A DNA stretch of 64,000 nucleotides from Octopus vulgaris (GCA_951406725.2 OX597842.1:20274001-20338000); one strand, 5' to 3'. Shown: positions 41,030-54,843, counted from the first letter of the stretch. The notes: generated by a model not told the origin, from the sequence alone. Program-made: numbers and translations.

Positions 41030-43260
41030 ACCATTAAAAACAAATTGGTTTGAAAATTTGATTTTTGGTAGAATTCTAGTTTAAGAACCCCATATGACCC
41101 CTCATAACCTTTTTTAGCTTTTTGGAATTTAAAAATAAATTCAGTACATTTTCAGTGAAATATTCAAAAATATAGTTTTTTAATTCTGTATTTCAGCTTA
41201 TGTAGAGAAACTAAGTTCCTTTTCTTGCTTGTATTTCAATATTTTTATCCCCATAAAAACATTTATGCTATTAAAACAAATTGGTTTTAAAATTTGATTT
41301 TTGGTGGAATTCTGGTTTAAGTACCCCATATGACCCCTCATAACCTTTTTTAACTTTTTGGAATTTAAAAATAAATTCAGCACATTTTCAGTGAAATATT
41401 CAAAAATATAGTTTTTTAATTTTATATTTCAGCTTATGTAGAGAAACTAAGTTCCTTTTCTTGTTTGTATTTCCCAGTTGGTTCTAACATGTATTCATCA
41501 TCATCATCATCATCGTTTAGCGTCCGCTTTCCATGCTAGCATGGGTTGGACGGTTCAACTGGGCTCTGGGAAGCCAGAAGGCTGCACCAGGCCCAGTCTG
41601 ATCTGGCAATGTTTCTACGGCTGGATGCCCTTCCTAACACCAACCACTCCATGAGTGTAGTGGGTGCTTTTTACATGTCACCGGCACAGGTGCCAGGGGA
41701 GGCTGGCAAACGGCCACGATCGGATGGTGCTTTTTATGTGCCGTCCCCATAAAAACATTTATGCTATTAAAAAAAATTGGTTTTAAAATTTGATTTTTGG
41801 TGGAATTCTCGTTTAAGAACCCCATATGACCCCTCATAACCTTTTTTAACATTTTGGACTTTAAACATAAATTCAGTACATTTCCAGTGAAATATTCAAA
41901 AATATAGTTTTTTAATTTTATATTTCAGCTTATGTAGAGAAACTAAGTTCCTTTTCTTGCTTGTATTTCAATATTTTTATCCCCATAAAAGCATTTATGC
42001 TATTAAAACAAATTGGTTTTAAAATTTGATTTTTGGTGGAATTCTAGTTTAAGAACCCCATATGACCCCTCATAACCTTTTTTAACATTTTGGAATTTAA
42101 ACATAAATTCAGTACATTTCCAGTGAAATATTCAAAAATATAGTTTTTTAATTTTATATTTCAGCTTATGTACAGAAACTAAGTTCCTTTTCTTGCTTGT
42201 ATTTCCCAGTTGGTTCTAACATGTATTCATCATCATCATCATCATCGTTTAGCGTCCGCTTTCCATGCTAGCATGGGTTGGACGGTTCAACTGGGCTCTG
42301 GGAAGCCAGAAGGCTGCACCAGACCCAGTCTGATCTGGCAATGTTTCTATGGCTGGATGCCCTTCCTAACACCAACCACTCCATGAGTGTAGTGGGTGCT
42401 TTTTACGTGTCACCGGCACAGGTGCCAGACGAGGCTGGCAAACGATCACAATCAGATGATGCTTTTTATGTGCCATCCCCATAAAAACATTTATGCTATT
42501 AAAACAAATTGGTTTTAAAATTTGATTTTTTGTGGAATTCTCGTTTAAGAACCCCATATGACCCCTCATAACCTTTTCTAACTTTTTGGAATTTAAACGA
42601 AATTCAGTACATTTCCAGTGAAATATTCAAAAATATAGTTTTTTAATTTTATATTTCAGCTTATGTAGAGAAACTAAGTTCCTTTTCTTGCTTGTATTTC
42701 CAAGTTGGTTCTAACATGTATGGTTTTTCAATCATCACCTTCACAATCCGAATGATATTTGTAGAAAATTCCACTAAAAAAATATCCATTTTTCCAAAAG
42801 TTATGAGGAAATAAAGCCAACTGATGTGAATTTTCCAAAACTTTTCACTCCACCCTCGGAAAACTTTTTCACATCAAATTCCGATATATCCATTAATATC
42901 CATTTGTCAGAAAGTTATGGGTAAAGGAAGGTGTGTGATTTAAGGGAGATCTGCCTGTTGTTTCTAACACATCCCACAATCACCTTTCTTGTTTCTTCCT
43001 CGCTCTAACATGTATTCATGTTTTTCAATATTTTTGTCCCCATAAAAGCATTTATGCTGTTAAAACAAATTGGTTTGAAAATTTGATTTTTGGTGGAATT
43101 CTCGTTTAAGTACCCCATATAACCCCTCATAACCTTTTTACTTTTTGAATTTTTTAAAAATAAGTACCTTTTCAGTAAAACTTTTTGAAATAATATCTTT
43201 TATTTTTATCTTTCAGAAACTAAGTTCTTTTCGTTGTTTGTATTTCCCAGTTGGTTTTTG
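41030..43260. repeat. Degenerate ~235-bp tandem repeat with a 732-bp higher-order duplication that includes a retroposon tail
   Basis: CCCCATAAAA(A/G)CATTTATGCT recurs at ~41248, 41745, 41981, 42477 and 43037 (also 34181). The (CAT)n-CGTTTAGCGTCCGC insert occurs at 41496 and 42228. Confidence 0.8.
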
Positions 43261-43751
43261 AAACTTCCCATTGCATCCAGCCACAACTATAAGGTTTGAC
43301 CAAAAAGAAGAGATTCTGTTGTAAATATTGGTTTTTATTGTAATAAAAACACAAGATATATATTAAAGATTATTTCGTAAAATTAAGGTGAACATCAGTA
43401 ATATATCGATATGCTATTTTCTGACATTGATTCGCTTGAATTAATGATTAAGATGATATTTCATTTTATGATCCAGAAAGTGAAACACCATGCTGTCTTT
43501 TCAATAATTATATTAATTTGTGTGTGTTGCAAAAATTTTCTGAAATTATAAGGGCTGTTTAAACCAGGATTCTACCTGGAAAGCCACAATTATACAAATA
43601 CCTGTAATTTGGTATTTGTTTTCACTCATCAAGAAGAAAGAAAGAGACAAAAAATGCAGTTGCTTTAGTGTTGTATAGTAATTGATAAAACTAAAAAGGG
43701 GGGGGGCAGAAACAGTGCAAAGTTTAAATCTGTCTCTCTTCAAATTTTACA

Positions 43752-44510
43752 TTAACCCTTTTGTTACCAACCCGACCGAAACCACCTCTAGCTCTGTAGT
43801 ACAAATGTCTTGTTTTCTTAAGTTTTGAATTAAAATCTTCCACCAAACCTTAGTCACAATTTATGTTCCTTACACAAGCTTAATGATAACTAAGTTATTT
43901 TACTAAATTCTTTGTTATATTTAAAATAATTGAAAGAAACACAGAGCATCTCGACAGAAATATGGTAACAAAAGACTTTAAAATATATAATAGAGAAACA
44001 ATTCTTAACCCTTTTGTTACCAACCCAGCTGAAACCGGCTCTGGCTCTTTAGTACAAATGTCTTGTTTTCATAAGCTTTGAATTAAAATTTTCCACCAAA
44101 CATTAGTCACAATTTATGTTCCTAACACTAGCTTAATGATAATTAAGTTATTTTTTCTAAAGTCTTTGTTATATTTAAAATAATTGAAAGAAACACAGAG
44201 CATCTCGACAGAAATATGGTAACAAAAGACTTAAAAATATATAATAGAGAAACAATTCTTAACCCTTTCATTACCAACCTGACTAAAACCAGCTCTGGCT
44301 CTGTGTACAAATGTCTTGTTTTCATAAGTTTTGAATTAAAATCTTCCGCCAAACCTTAGTTGCAATTTATGTTACTTACACTAGCTTAATGGTAACTAAG
44401 TTATTTTTCTAAGATCTTTGTTATATTTATAATTAATTGAAAGAAACACAGAACATCTCGACAAATATATAATAGAGAAACAATTCTTAACCCTTTTGAT
44501 ACCAACCTGG
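43752..44510 (+). mobile_element. Tandem piggyBac-type MITE units (~253 bp)
   Basis: TTAA-CCCTTT starts at 43752, 44005, 44259 and 44487; internal inverted CTTTTGTTACCA / TGGTAACAAAAG. Confidence 0.7.
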
Positions 44511-44719
44511 TTCAAACTGCACTTGTCTCTACTGTACAGCGTTCTGTAGTATTCGAAATAGTTAAGAATAAGATCTCCAATGCCACAGGCTCGACCACAA
44601 ATCTATTAAAGAGTGACTGATGATATTGTGACTGTTTGTTTTTCTCAGCCTGACCAGCCTCGGACCCTGGGCTATAAACTTTGTTATTTTGCAAATTTTG
44701 AAAATTATTTTTTCAGATC

Positions 44720-44765
44720 ATGGCTAAATGGATCTTGTTCTGCTTATTGTTTGTAACATTTCTCT
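44720..44765 (+). CDS. GPI-anchored Ig-like protein, coding exon 1 (signal peptide MAKWILFCLLFVTFL)
   Basis: TTTTTTCAG acceptor ending 44716, ATG at 44720, phase-1 donor T|GTAAGT at 44766. Confidence 0.75.
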
Positions 44766-45034
44766 GTAAGTTTTATTTATATTTTATTTAATTTCTTTCC
44801 ATAACTTATTTTTGTTAAGGCAAACTTACTCAGGTGCACAGGGGTCTGGAATGGGGTCACTCACATAAGGAGGATTTTCTTTGTTTTGGTAGGGATTTTC
44901 CCAATTTAGTTTTCACCACAGCTTTAGAAATGATGCATTTTATGCAAGAAAATTTTCGAAAATTCATGATTTTCCACCACAATCCAACTTATAAATTCTC
45001 TGTCTTCCCTTCTCTGGATCTTTCCTTCTCATAT

Positions 45035-45069
45035 GTTTCCGACGAAGAGCTCCGCTCGAAACGTTAAAC
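45035..45069 (+). ncRNA. Minimal hammerhead ribozyme motif (core variant CCGACGA) in a Penelope-like tail
   Basis: GUUU-CCGACGA-A-GAGC(UCC)GCUC-GAAA-CG-UU-AAAC; same architecture as 14343-14378. Confidence 0.6.
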
Positions 45070-45509
45070 CCTCCTTCTTTCCTGAGCGTCCAATAATACT
45101 ATATTTGTTCCATGTCCTCGTGTTGTGTTTTTTTGTGCTTTCATGTTTGGATTAACTTTATAAATTATCTGCCTCATTAACAACTTATTTACAGAACCTC
45201 AGGTCCCAAAACATTCCCTATACCCCACCCTGGTTAATTAACAGTGAGCCCTCACACCCATCACCCACCCCATACAACACTAATCTTGGTACTGTGTATG
45301 AGAATCACACACTATCTTTCAAAACCAATATCTCTCTATCCGCTCAGTCGGCCTCTTCCTCTCTTGCCACTGACCATTCCGAGCATGATGTCCTTCTCCA
45401 GGGATTTTCTCTGCATAGTATGACCAAAATATATATATATATATGTATATAGAACTGACTGGAGGACACTGATCCAACGAGTGACCGAGAGTCGACTTCG
45501 ACTGAGCGG

Positions 45510-45916
<407 letters not shown>

Positions 45917-45917
<1 letters not shown>

Positions 45918-46984
45918 CCGCTCAGTCGAAGTCGACTCTCGGTCACTCGTTGGATCAGTGTCCTCCAGTCAGTTCTATCCTGGGCCGCTTCCTTCAGATT
46001 GGCTATGTCCTTTCCGGTATCAATCCTGATGGTGTCAAGCCAGCGGGTTCTTAGTTGGCCTCTTCTTCTCTTGCCACTGACCATTCTGAGCATGATGTCC
46101 TTCTCCAGGGATTTTCTCCACATAATATGACCGAAATATGCCAATCTATGCTTGGTGATCCGAGCTTCTAGCGACAGTTTCGGCTTGATCTGGTTAAGAA
46201 CTTCTCCATTGGTGAGCCTCGCTGTCCATGGAATCTGTAAAAGTCTTCTCCAACACCAAAGCTCGAATGCATTAATTCTCTTCTGGTCAGCTTTCTTCAG
46301 TGTCCAGGTCTCGCATCCATATGTTGCTATTGGGAAGACAATTGCATTCACCAATCTGCATTTGGTAGCGAGTCTGATGTCTCTACTCTTCCAGACCCTG
46401 CTCATGCTGACCATTGCCTCTCTGCCTAGTACTATCCGCCGTCTTGTGGAGGCGCAATGGCCCAGTGGTAAGGGCAGCGGACTCGCAGTCATAGGATCGC
46501 GGTTTCGATTCCCAGACCGGGCGTTGTGAGTGTTTATTGAGCGAAAACACCTAAAGGTCCACGAGGCTCCGGCAGGGGATGGTGGTGATCCCTGCTGTAC
46601 TCTTTCACCACAACTTTCTCTCACTCTTACTTCCTGTTTCTGTTCCTGTATTTCAAAGGGCCGGCCTTGTCACTCTCTGTGTCACGCTGAATATCCCCGA
46701 GAACTACGTTAAGGGTACACGTGTCTGTGGAGTGCTCAGCCACTTGCACGTTAATTTCACGAGCAAGCTGTTCCGTCGATCAGATCAACCAGAAGCCTCG
46801 TCGTCGTAACCGACGGAGTGCTTCCATCCATCCGCCATCTTTTTTCTGGAGTGTAGTCACCATCTCGATTTATTTTGGAGCCAAGGAAGATGAAATCATC
46901 AACCACTTCGATCTCTTCATTATCGATCTTGATGCTGATGTTTGTTGTGGCTGCTGTTGACATGATCTTCGTTTTCTTAACCAC
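45917..46984 (-). mobile_element. RTE-clade LINE 3' fragment interrupted by a SINE
   Basis: YGCETWTL...[14 protein letters not shown]...YFGHI...GKRRRG...RWLD motifs; continues as FIFLGSKI on the other side of the SINE. Confidence 0.88.
46446..46829 (+). mobile_element. Full-length SINE family A with a 12-bp TSD
   Basis: Flanks ATCCGCCGTCTT (46434-46445) and ATCCGCCATCTT (46830-46841). Confidence 0.88.
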
Positions 46985-47751
46985 AACCCGTCATTATTTA
47001 ATAAATTCTCAGATGTTTTTACTTTAACAGCTTCGTTTCCCTCTGTGTCTGCTGTAGTGTTTCATGGTTTATCGAAATACGTGGGAATTTCATTTATGTT
47101 TCCAATATTTTCTAGGGAGAACCCAAACATTTTACACTCCTTCAGAACAAATTTTTTCGTCAATGTCTTTTGGCAGTTTCTGAGCAATATGAGTTTTTTT
47201 TTGGCAATCGCAGTCACTTATCAATACATGTCAGCCTCAACATCCAAAGCCCTCATGTTCCACAGTTTTGTCCTGCACCTTCCAGGGTCCACCTCTTCCA
47301 CAGATTGCCTCCGCAGTTAAAGATCAGCACTTCTTTACATAGCAGTCCTTGTCTGTTCATTTTTAGAATGACATTGTAAGACAGGTGTAAAAGGCTGACC
47401 CATTACCAGTTTAAACACGAAACAGGTAGAATCTTTGTGCCAGGTATGGCTACTTTAACTCATTAGCAATCAGTTTATTCCGTTTAATGTAATGCTCATT
47501 TAGTCTTGGTTTTTGAATTAATCATTCTTTATTTTGTAGTTTTGACATTTTGCTGATGTGATTGTTTATTTTTAGACTGACATTGTAGGGTAGGTGTGAG
47601 GGGCTGGACCCAGCCACTTAGAACATAAAACAGATATGGCTGCTTTAATCCTTTAGCAATCAAATTACTGTGAAATGTAATGTTCATTTATTCACATTGT
47701 TTTGAAATATTTCATCTTAAAATCAAAAAATTTTGTTTTCATCTTTTACAG

Positions 47752-47790
47752 ATTTGTCAAGGGCACAAAAGTATAATATCACCCAAAGTG
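47752..47790 (+). CDS. GPI-anchored Ig-like protein, coding exon 2 (YLSRAQKYNITQS)
   Basis: Polypyrimidine TTTTACAG acceptor, 39 nt, phase 1-1, G|GTAAAT donor; completes the signal peptide in frame. Confidence 0.7.
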
Positions 47791-47977
47791 GTAAATATAT
47801 TCTTCTTTCCTGCCTTTAACCCTCAAACACGGAGTATAGGCCACTCATAATTGAATTCCATGTTGCATAATTTTTCGCCTCTGTACTTATACTCTGCCAT
47901 GAATGTCCCCCTTTCTCTAGTTCGTTTTTTGTTGTTCTCTGCCACGAGTTCTTAGGCCTACCTTTCTTTCTATATCC

Positions 47978-48295
47978 AAGTTAAGCTAAGTTAAGGTAAG
48001 TTAAGTTAATTTTTGGGCTCAAAAAGCAAAAAAGCAAGGCCATGTAGGGGGACATGGAGTTATGTACAGGGTGGTGTTCATGCAAAGAGTTCAGGCCATT
48101 TGTGGTCAAGGGAGACTTTGAACCGAGCGGTCGTCGGCATCTTCACTATCTCGTCCGGCAGCTTATTCCACGGATCCGCAACCCGGACGGAGAAGGCCCC
48201 TCTCCTTCAATTGAGATGGAATTGTCGCAGATAGAGTGCATTCCACTCTGCGCTTTGCTCTACAATGATACCAAGAGTGGCGGTTTGATCTCCAC
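47978..48295 (-). mobile_element. LINE 3' fragment with a (TTAAC)n tail
   Basis: Minus-strand FSVRVADPWNKLP-like tail motif and short tandem tail. Confidence 0.6.
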
Positions 48296-48670
48296 ATGAA
48301 CGGTTCTTCCTAAATCCAGCTTCTTCTTTACTGCTGTCCTCATCATCTCTGAAAGTATCCTGTTAAAATCTTTTCCGGGAGCTGATAATAGCCTAATCCC
48401 TCTATAAGATGCTGAGTACTCATCAGCCAATTATAGAGGCTTTCCATTAATAAAAAAGTTATCAAATCAAGTGGCAACATTATAGAGAAGGTAGATATAT
48501 AGACAAAGATGTGGATTTAAATTTTAAGAACATATGAGGTACTAAGATTTGGTTGTTCCACTACATCGTACGTTCTTAAAATTTAAATCCACATCTTTGT
48601 CTATATATCTACCTTCTCTATAATGTTGCCACGTGATATGAAAATGTTTGTATTAACAGAAAACCTCTAT

Positions 48671-48761
48671 AATTGGCTGATGAGTGCTCAGTATTTTAAA
48701 ACTGTTGTAATACTTACAAAATTTAATAAAATGATGTAGTACGAAACGATCGTACCAAATT
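48671..48761 (+). ncRNA. Type I hammerhead ribozyme, intact core (copy 1)
   Basis: AAUUGG-CUGAUGA-GUGCU...AGUAC-GAAA-CGAUCG-UA-CCAAAUU; predicted cleavage after 48754. Confidence 0.82.
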
Positions 48762-49028
48762 ACTGGAGTCATTCTTGTTGCTTATTTTCATTATAATCAC
48801 CCCACGGATTTCTATGGATAACACCATACAAAATATAGACAAAGATGTGGATTTAAATTTTAAGAACAAATGAGGTAGTGGAGTCCCTCCACTTACTGAC
48901 TAAGATTTGGTTGTTCCACTACATCATACGTTCTTAAAATTTAAATCCACATCTTTGTCTATATATCCACCTTCTCTATAATGTTGCCACGTGATATGAA
49001 AATTTTTGTATTAACAGAAAACCTCTAT

Positions 49029-49119
49029 AATTGGCTGATGAGTGCTCAGTATTTTAAAACTGTTGTAATACTTACAACATTTAATAAAATGATGTAGTAT
49101 GAAACGATCGTACCAAATT
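49029..49119 (+). ncRNA. Type I hammerhead ribozyme, intact core (copy 2)
   Basis: AAUUGG-CUGAUGA-GUGCU...AGUAU-GAAA-CGAUCG-UA-CCAAAUU; predicted cleavage after 49112. Confidence 0.78.
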
Positions 49120-49260
49120 ACCGGAGTCATTCTTATTGCTTATTTTCATTATAATCACCCCACGGATTTCTATGGATAACACCATACAAAATTCTGGTGC
49201 ATCTAAATTAAGTACCATATTCATTTGAATCTAAATTTTTGCTGAACTTATATATATATA

Positions 49261-49845
49261 TATTTGCCAACATAATGTGGCAGTCTTGGTTAGGACGAAT
49301 GATACTGTAAATTTAGTCTTAGGAAACATCATCTATCTGCATACCAATGGTCTCTGGGTTATTTCCCTTCATCAGCACAGAATAACTGCTCAGCTAGAGA
49401 TGACTCCACTAAACTCTTGTCCAAAATATATACTTTTCAAAGTGACACACAGTCACTGATCTAACAAATAGAAAATTATTTCTAAATCTCTGAACAAAAG
49501 ACATTGAGTAACAGTACTCTAGGGTAAAGATTATTTGCCAACATAATGTGGCAGTCCTGGTTAGGACGATTGTTACTGTTCCTTAGCCCTAGGAAATATC
49601 GTCTCCAGCAGGCTATATGACACACTTGCTGCATCCTTATATTTTCAAACAAGGGAGTTTAGCATCCCATAGGACATAGATAGCGTGTCATATACCCAGC
49701 TGGAGGCAGTGTTTCCTAGGGCTAGATAACAGTAACAATCACCCTAACTAGGACTGCCATATTATGTTGGCAAATAATCCTTACTCTCGATTAATGTTAC
49801 TGAATGTTTCTCATTCAGAGACTTAGAAATAATAATTTTCTATTT
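49261..49845. mobile_element. Palindromic Penelope-like repeat with a degenerate minus-strand hammerhead (49337-49380)
   Basis: 49468-49640 and ~49680-49845 are inverted. Minus strand reads CUGUG-CUGAUGA-AGGG(AAAUAA)CCCA-GAGA-CCAUUGG-UA-UGCAG. Confidence 0.55.
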
Positions 49846-50081
49846 ACATATATATATATATACATATATATCAACAATGGGCTTTGAAACACACAAGTGT
49901 GTATGTATATATATACACACACATATACATACAATGGGCTTCTTTCAATTTCCATCTAGAAAATCCACTCACAAGGCTGATGCTGTAGTAGAAGACACTT
50001 TCCCGAGGTGCTGTGTAGTGGGACTGAACCCAGGACCATGTGATTTGGAAGCAAACTTCTTAACTGATTTCGTTATTTCAG

Positions 50082-50330
50082 GACCTGCTGTGCTCAATAG
50101 AAACCTCACCCTTTCGATAACAATACCTGATATGAAACGACCGGTGGTTTGGAAGTGCCACAATTATAAATATGAATGTGACAGGACATGCGCTAACGGC
50201 ACTGACTATAAAGTAATACATAGTGGAGATACCTCCAAGCTTTGGATCAGAAAAGTAACTAATAAATGTTCGACTTGGAAATTCGAAGATGACAACCTTA
50301 ATATTGGAAGAATTGATTTGGAGATAAAGA
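50082..50330 (+). CDS. GPI-anchored Ig-like protein, coding exon 3 (divergent Ig-like domain)
   Basis: TTATTTCAG acceptor, 249 nt, phase 1-1, A|GTAAGG donor. Translates GPAVLNRNLTLSITIP...VVWKC...SKLWIRKVT...GRIDLEIK. Confidence 0.8.
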
Positions 50331-51452
50331 GTAAGGAAATGATTTATAATAATTTCTTTATTAACCACAGAGGGCTAACACAAAGCAAAACATTCGGGAG
50401 GGTCCAGTGTGGGTTTTAGCATGTAAAAAGTCATACAATGAATAAAAGAAAGTCAAAGTAAAACCCCTGATAGTGGGGGCACTTTCAAGGGCTACACGTA
50501 AAGAAAGCCCACAAAATCCAAGGTCTCCCTGACCACCAGGGTTGATGCCCTCTCCCAGTCTTTCCTCTCCAATATACAGGTACGCTCTAAGAGAAGGCCC
50601 ATTCACTCAGGTAATGCTCACCCCTCTCACCCACCTTTCAACAAACTGCTTGGTAGCCAGCACTTACCTCTCCACCCTGATTTTCCTCTTCAAGTGAAAC
50701 CTGAAAAAGTTTATTAGGGTTTTGACAAAATGGCAGTTGCTGGTCTTCAGCCCTTTCAGACATGTCCACTGTATGATCCCCTTTGCCATGGGGCCCGAGC
50801 AGATAAAAACTGGTTGCCCTTCCTGGTTGAGGGAAAGTAGAGGGGCCATCTTCACAATGGACTCAGCTGATAGTTATATATAATAAGGGTTTCTTTTATT
50901 TGCCACAAGGGCAAAGGATGAGGGGGTCAATACCAAGGTGTGTGTGTGTGGGGGGTTATATTCTCTTTCACTTTCTCTTTTTACTTGTTTCAGTCATTTG
51001 ACTGTGGCCATGCTGGAGCACCGCCTTAAATCAAGCAAATCAACCCCAGGATTTATTCTTTGTAAGCCTAGTACTTATTCTATCGGTTCTCTTTTGCCGA
51101 ACCGCTAAGTAACGTGGACGTAGACACACCAGCATCGGTTATCAAGCGATACTGGGAGGACAAACAGACACACAAACACACATATATATAATCATATATA
51201 CGACGGGCTTCTTTCAGTTTCCGTCTACCAAATCCACTCACAAGGCTTTATATAACCAAGCTTATGTGTGCAACATAGTGTTACTGGAAATTTTGATGGG
51301 GACTTTTCCTTTAGATCACTTTGAAATGGAATTTGTATAACAGAAACAAAAGTATTTTTTAATAGTTTAGTATGAAAATGGTCAAACTTGGGAGATATTA
51401 CTATTTTTTATTAAAAACAAAAGGTATATATTTTATTGTTTGTCAATTGCAG

Positions 51453-51550
51453 ATCCGAAACCTGAACTTAGTGGATCAAGACCCCTCAGAACACTCGAGA
51501 TTGTCGAAATCATTCTTGGCATACTCAGCCTTGCTGCAATCCTTGTCTGA
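51453..51550 (+). CDS. GPI-anchored Ig-like protein, coding exon 4 (hydrophobic C-terminal signal)
   Basis: TTGCAG acceptor, phase 1; NPKPELSGSRPLRTLEIVEIILGILSLAAILV*; AATAAA at ~51582. Confidence 0.75.
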
Positions 51551-52767
51551 CTCTCTTTCTTCTGCTGCAAATATTTTAAGAAATAAACATTTGTATAAGA
51601 ACGCTACAATTTGTGTTTTTTTATCTATATTTATCCTCTAAAAGGAAAAAATAATTCTATTTATCAGATTAAGACTTTCACTGACTGCATTGGCATAGTT
51701 GGTTTTTTAAATAAATTATATCCATATTTTAGCAATATTTTTTCCAAAACTCTGCTCCGTCTTTTACTGGGAGTTTAAAAATCTTAAAAGCTATTAACTG
51801 TATATTTATCAACTTAGGACAACAACTAATTTCATTTATATAATTAACAGACAAAACTACATCAATACACTAAACTCGAAATCAATAAATTTGAAACCGA
51901 AGGAGCTGAAGGGAAAAACACAAACAGAAAAGGTCCACTTTTTAAAAAATTATGTCCAGAAAAAGTGAGCGGTAGCAGATTCAGCATGGAAAATTACATG
52001 AATATTCCAAATTTGAAAATTTTGACTGAATCTTAGAATTTCAAAAGTGAATACAAAGAGAAACGATTCATATTTTTTAATTGAAATTTTCTATAAAAAC
52101 AAATTTCTTGTGTGATGTGTATGTGTGTGTGTGTGTCCCACCAACATGTGCTATTCCAATGTAATTGCAATCTACACTTTCTTAAAGGTATTTCTGAAAA
52201 TTTTCATTTAAAAATACCCATTTTTCCAGAAGTTATGAAGAAACAAAGTCGGTGGGGTACATTTGCATATGTATACCCATTGCTTTAGCATAAATATCTT
52301 CAATTATAATCAAAGGGTCACTGCTTCCGTAGCCAACGAGAACAAAATCCTTAAGCATAGGAAATGAAGTGTGACCCATTTCTTCCACCTGTGACATTTG
52401 CCACAGTGAAGTTCTTACCATTGTTGGCGCCTTGCCTTACAGAATGCGTTCGGTGATCCCTATAAGGGTACTTGCTGCACCTCCTGTTTGTGTTTCTTTT
52501 GGTTTAGGATTTGTACACTGGCCCCACAATTCCTACTGCTTCGGGAATCTGTCCTGGAAGTTGTTTTCTTTAAGCAAGTCAAGGACCTTTGGCGATTTTA
52601 TTTCCTTTTCTGTATAATTGTTTATTTATTTTTATATCTGAAACGCTGATTATTTCTTGCATAAAATTATAAATTATTGTCAAGTGTCCAACGTTTTTTT
52701 GTGTTATTGGATGGTTGTGAATGCCATAAAAGGTGCGAAATCTTTCCTTTCAGGTTCACAGTGAACT

Positions 52768-53115
52768 GTGGAGGCGCAATGGCCCAGTGGTTAGGGCAGC
52801 GGACTGGCGGTCGTAGGATCGCGGTTTCGATTCCCAGACCGGGCGTTGTGAGTGTTTATTGAGTGAAAACACCTAAAGCTCCACGAGGCTCCGGCAGGGG
52901 ATGGTGGTGATCCCTGCTGTACTCTTTCACCACAACTTTCTCTCACTCTTACTTCCTGTTTCTGTTGTACCTGTATTTCAAAGGGCCGGCCTTGTCACTG
53001 TCTGTGTCATGCTGAATATCCCCGAGGACTACCTTAAGGGTGCACGTGTCTGTGGAGTGCTCAGCCACTTACACGTTAATTTCACAAGCAGGCTTTTCCA
53101 TTGATTTGGATCACC
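52768..53115 (+). mobile_element. SINE family A
   Basis: Near-identical to 46446-46829. Confidence 0.85.
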
Positions 53116-53176
53116 ACAGTGAACTACGACAGACAAATGGTAAAATAGGGGGAGAATTAGATATCATCATCATCAT

Positions 53177-54843
53177 TGTTTGACCGTGGTCGAGACAATG
53201 GAATTTACCATGCTACGCCAGACTTCATGGTCCATCATAGCATTACGGAAGTCCTGTTGCTGGATGCCTGTATCCCTGGAGATTACATCGTGGTAGGAGA
53301 GTGTGCGCCCTCTGGTATCGCGACCATGGTAGAGACAATGGAATTTCCCATGCTACGCCAGACTTCACGGTCCATCATAGCATTACGGAAGTCCTGTTGC
53401 TGGATGCCTGTATCCCTGGAGATTACATCGTGGTAGGAGAGAGTGCACCCTCTGGTATCGCGACCGTGGTCGAGACAATGGAATTTCCCATGCTACGCCA
53501 GACTTCACGGTCCATCATAGCATTACGGAGGTCCTGTTGCTGGATGCCTGTATCCCGGGAGATTACATCAGGGTAGGAGAGTGTGCGCCCTCTGGTATTG
53601 CGACCGTGGTAGAGACAATGGAATTTCCCATGCTACGCCAAACTTCACGGTCCATCATAGCATTACGGAGGTCCTGTTGCTAGATGCCTGTACACCTGGA
53701 GATTACATCAGGGTAGGAGAGTGTGCGCCCTCTGGTATCGCGACCGTGGTCGAGACAATGGAATTTCCCATGCTACGCCAGACTTCACGGTCCATCATAG
53801 CATTACAGAGGTCCTGTTGCTTGATGCCTGTATCCCTGGAGATTACATCAGGGTAGGAGAGTGTGCGCCCTCTGGTATCGCGACCGTGGTAGAGACAATG
53901 GAATTTCTCATGCTACGCCAGACTTCACGGTCCATCATAGCATTACGGAGGTCCTGTTGCTGGATGCCTGTACACCTGGAGATTACATCAGGGTAGGAGA
54001 GTGCGACCCTGGTAGAGACAATGGAATTTCCCATGCTACGCCAGACTTCACGGTCCATCATAGCATTACGGAAGTCCTATTGCTGGATGCCTGTATCCTT
54101 GGAGATTACATCAGGGTAGGAGAGTGTGCGCCCTCTGGTATCGCGACCGTGGTCGAGACAATGGAATTTCCCATGCTACGCCAGACTTCATGGTCCATCA
54201 TAGCATTACGGAGGTCCTGTTGCTGGATGCCTGTATCCCTGGAGATTACATCAGGGTAGGAGAGTGTGCGCCCTCTGGTATCGCGACCATGGTTGAGACA
54301 ATGAAATTTCCCATGCTACGCCAGACTTCACGGTCCATCATAGCATTACGGAGGTCCTGTTGCTGGATGCCTGTACACATGGAGATTACATCAGGGTAGG
54401 AGAGTGTGCACCCTCTGGAATTGTGACCGTGGTCGAGACAAAGGAATTTCCCATGCTACGCCAGACTTCACGGTCCATCATAGCATTACGGAGGTACTGT
54501 TGCTGGATGCCTGTATCCCTGGAGATTACATGGTGGTAGGAGTGTGTGTGCCCTCTGGTATCGCGACCGTGGTCGAGACAATGGAATTTCCCATGCTACG
54601 CCAGACTTCACGGTCCATCATAGCATTATGGAGGTCCTGTTGCTTGATGCCTGTATCCCTGGAGATTACATCGTGGCAGGAGAGTGTGCGCCCTCTGGTA
54701 TCGCGACCGTGGTCAAGACAATGGAATCTACCATGCTACGCCAGACTTCACGGTCCATCATTGCATTACGGAAGTCCTGTTGCTAGATGCCTGTATCCCT
54801 GGAGATTACAACAGGGTAGGAGAGTGTGCGCCCTCTGGTATTG
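53177..54843 (-). repeat. 140-bp tandem array (~12 units) of the 3' end of an RTE LINE
   Basis: GACCGTGGTCGAGACAATGG recurs every 140 bp (one 123-bp unit near 54000). It adjoins the RTE ORF on one side and a (GAT)n tail on the other. Confidence 0.92.

Larger units (their letters stand above)
48410..49250 (+). mobile_element. Penelope-like repeats: inverted piece plus two 358-bp tandem units
   Basis: Direct repeats start at 48541 and 48899; inverted segments at 48410-48540 and 48832-48880. Confidence 0.8.

Noticed and set aside
46446-46525. Apparent tRNA genes at SINE heads (also 9903, 33020, 52768, 56240)
   Set aside because: A/B boxes continue into SINE bodies with tails and TSDs; no clean cloverleaf or acceptor stem.
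49877-50419. 180-aa single-exon ORF
   Set aside because: The N-terminus is SINE-derived and the C-terminus is intronic; only 50082-50330 is a credible exon.
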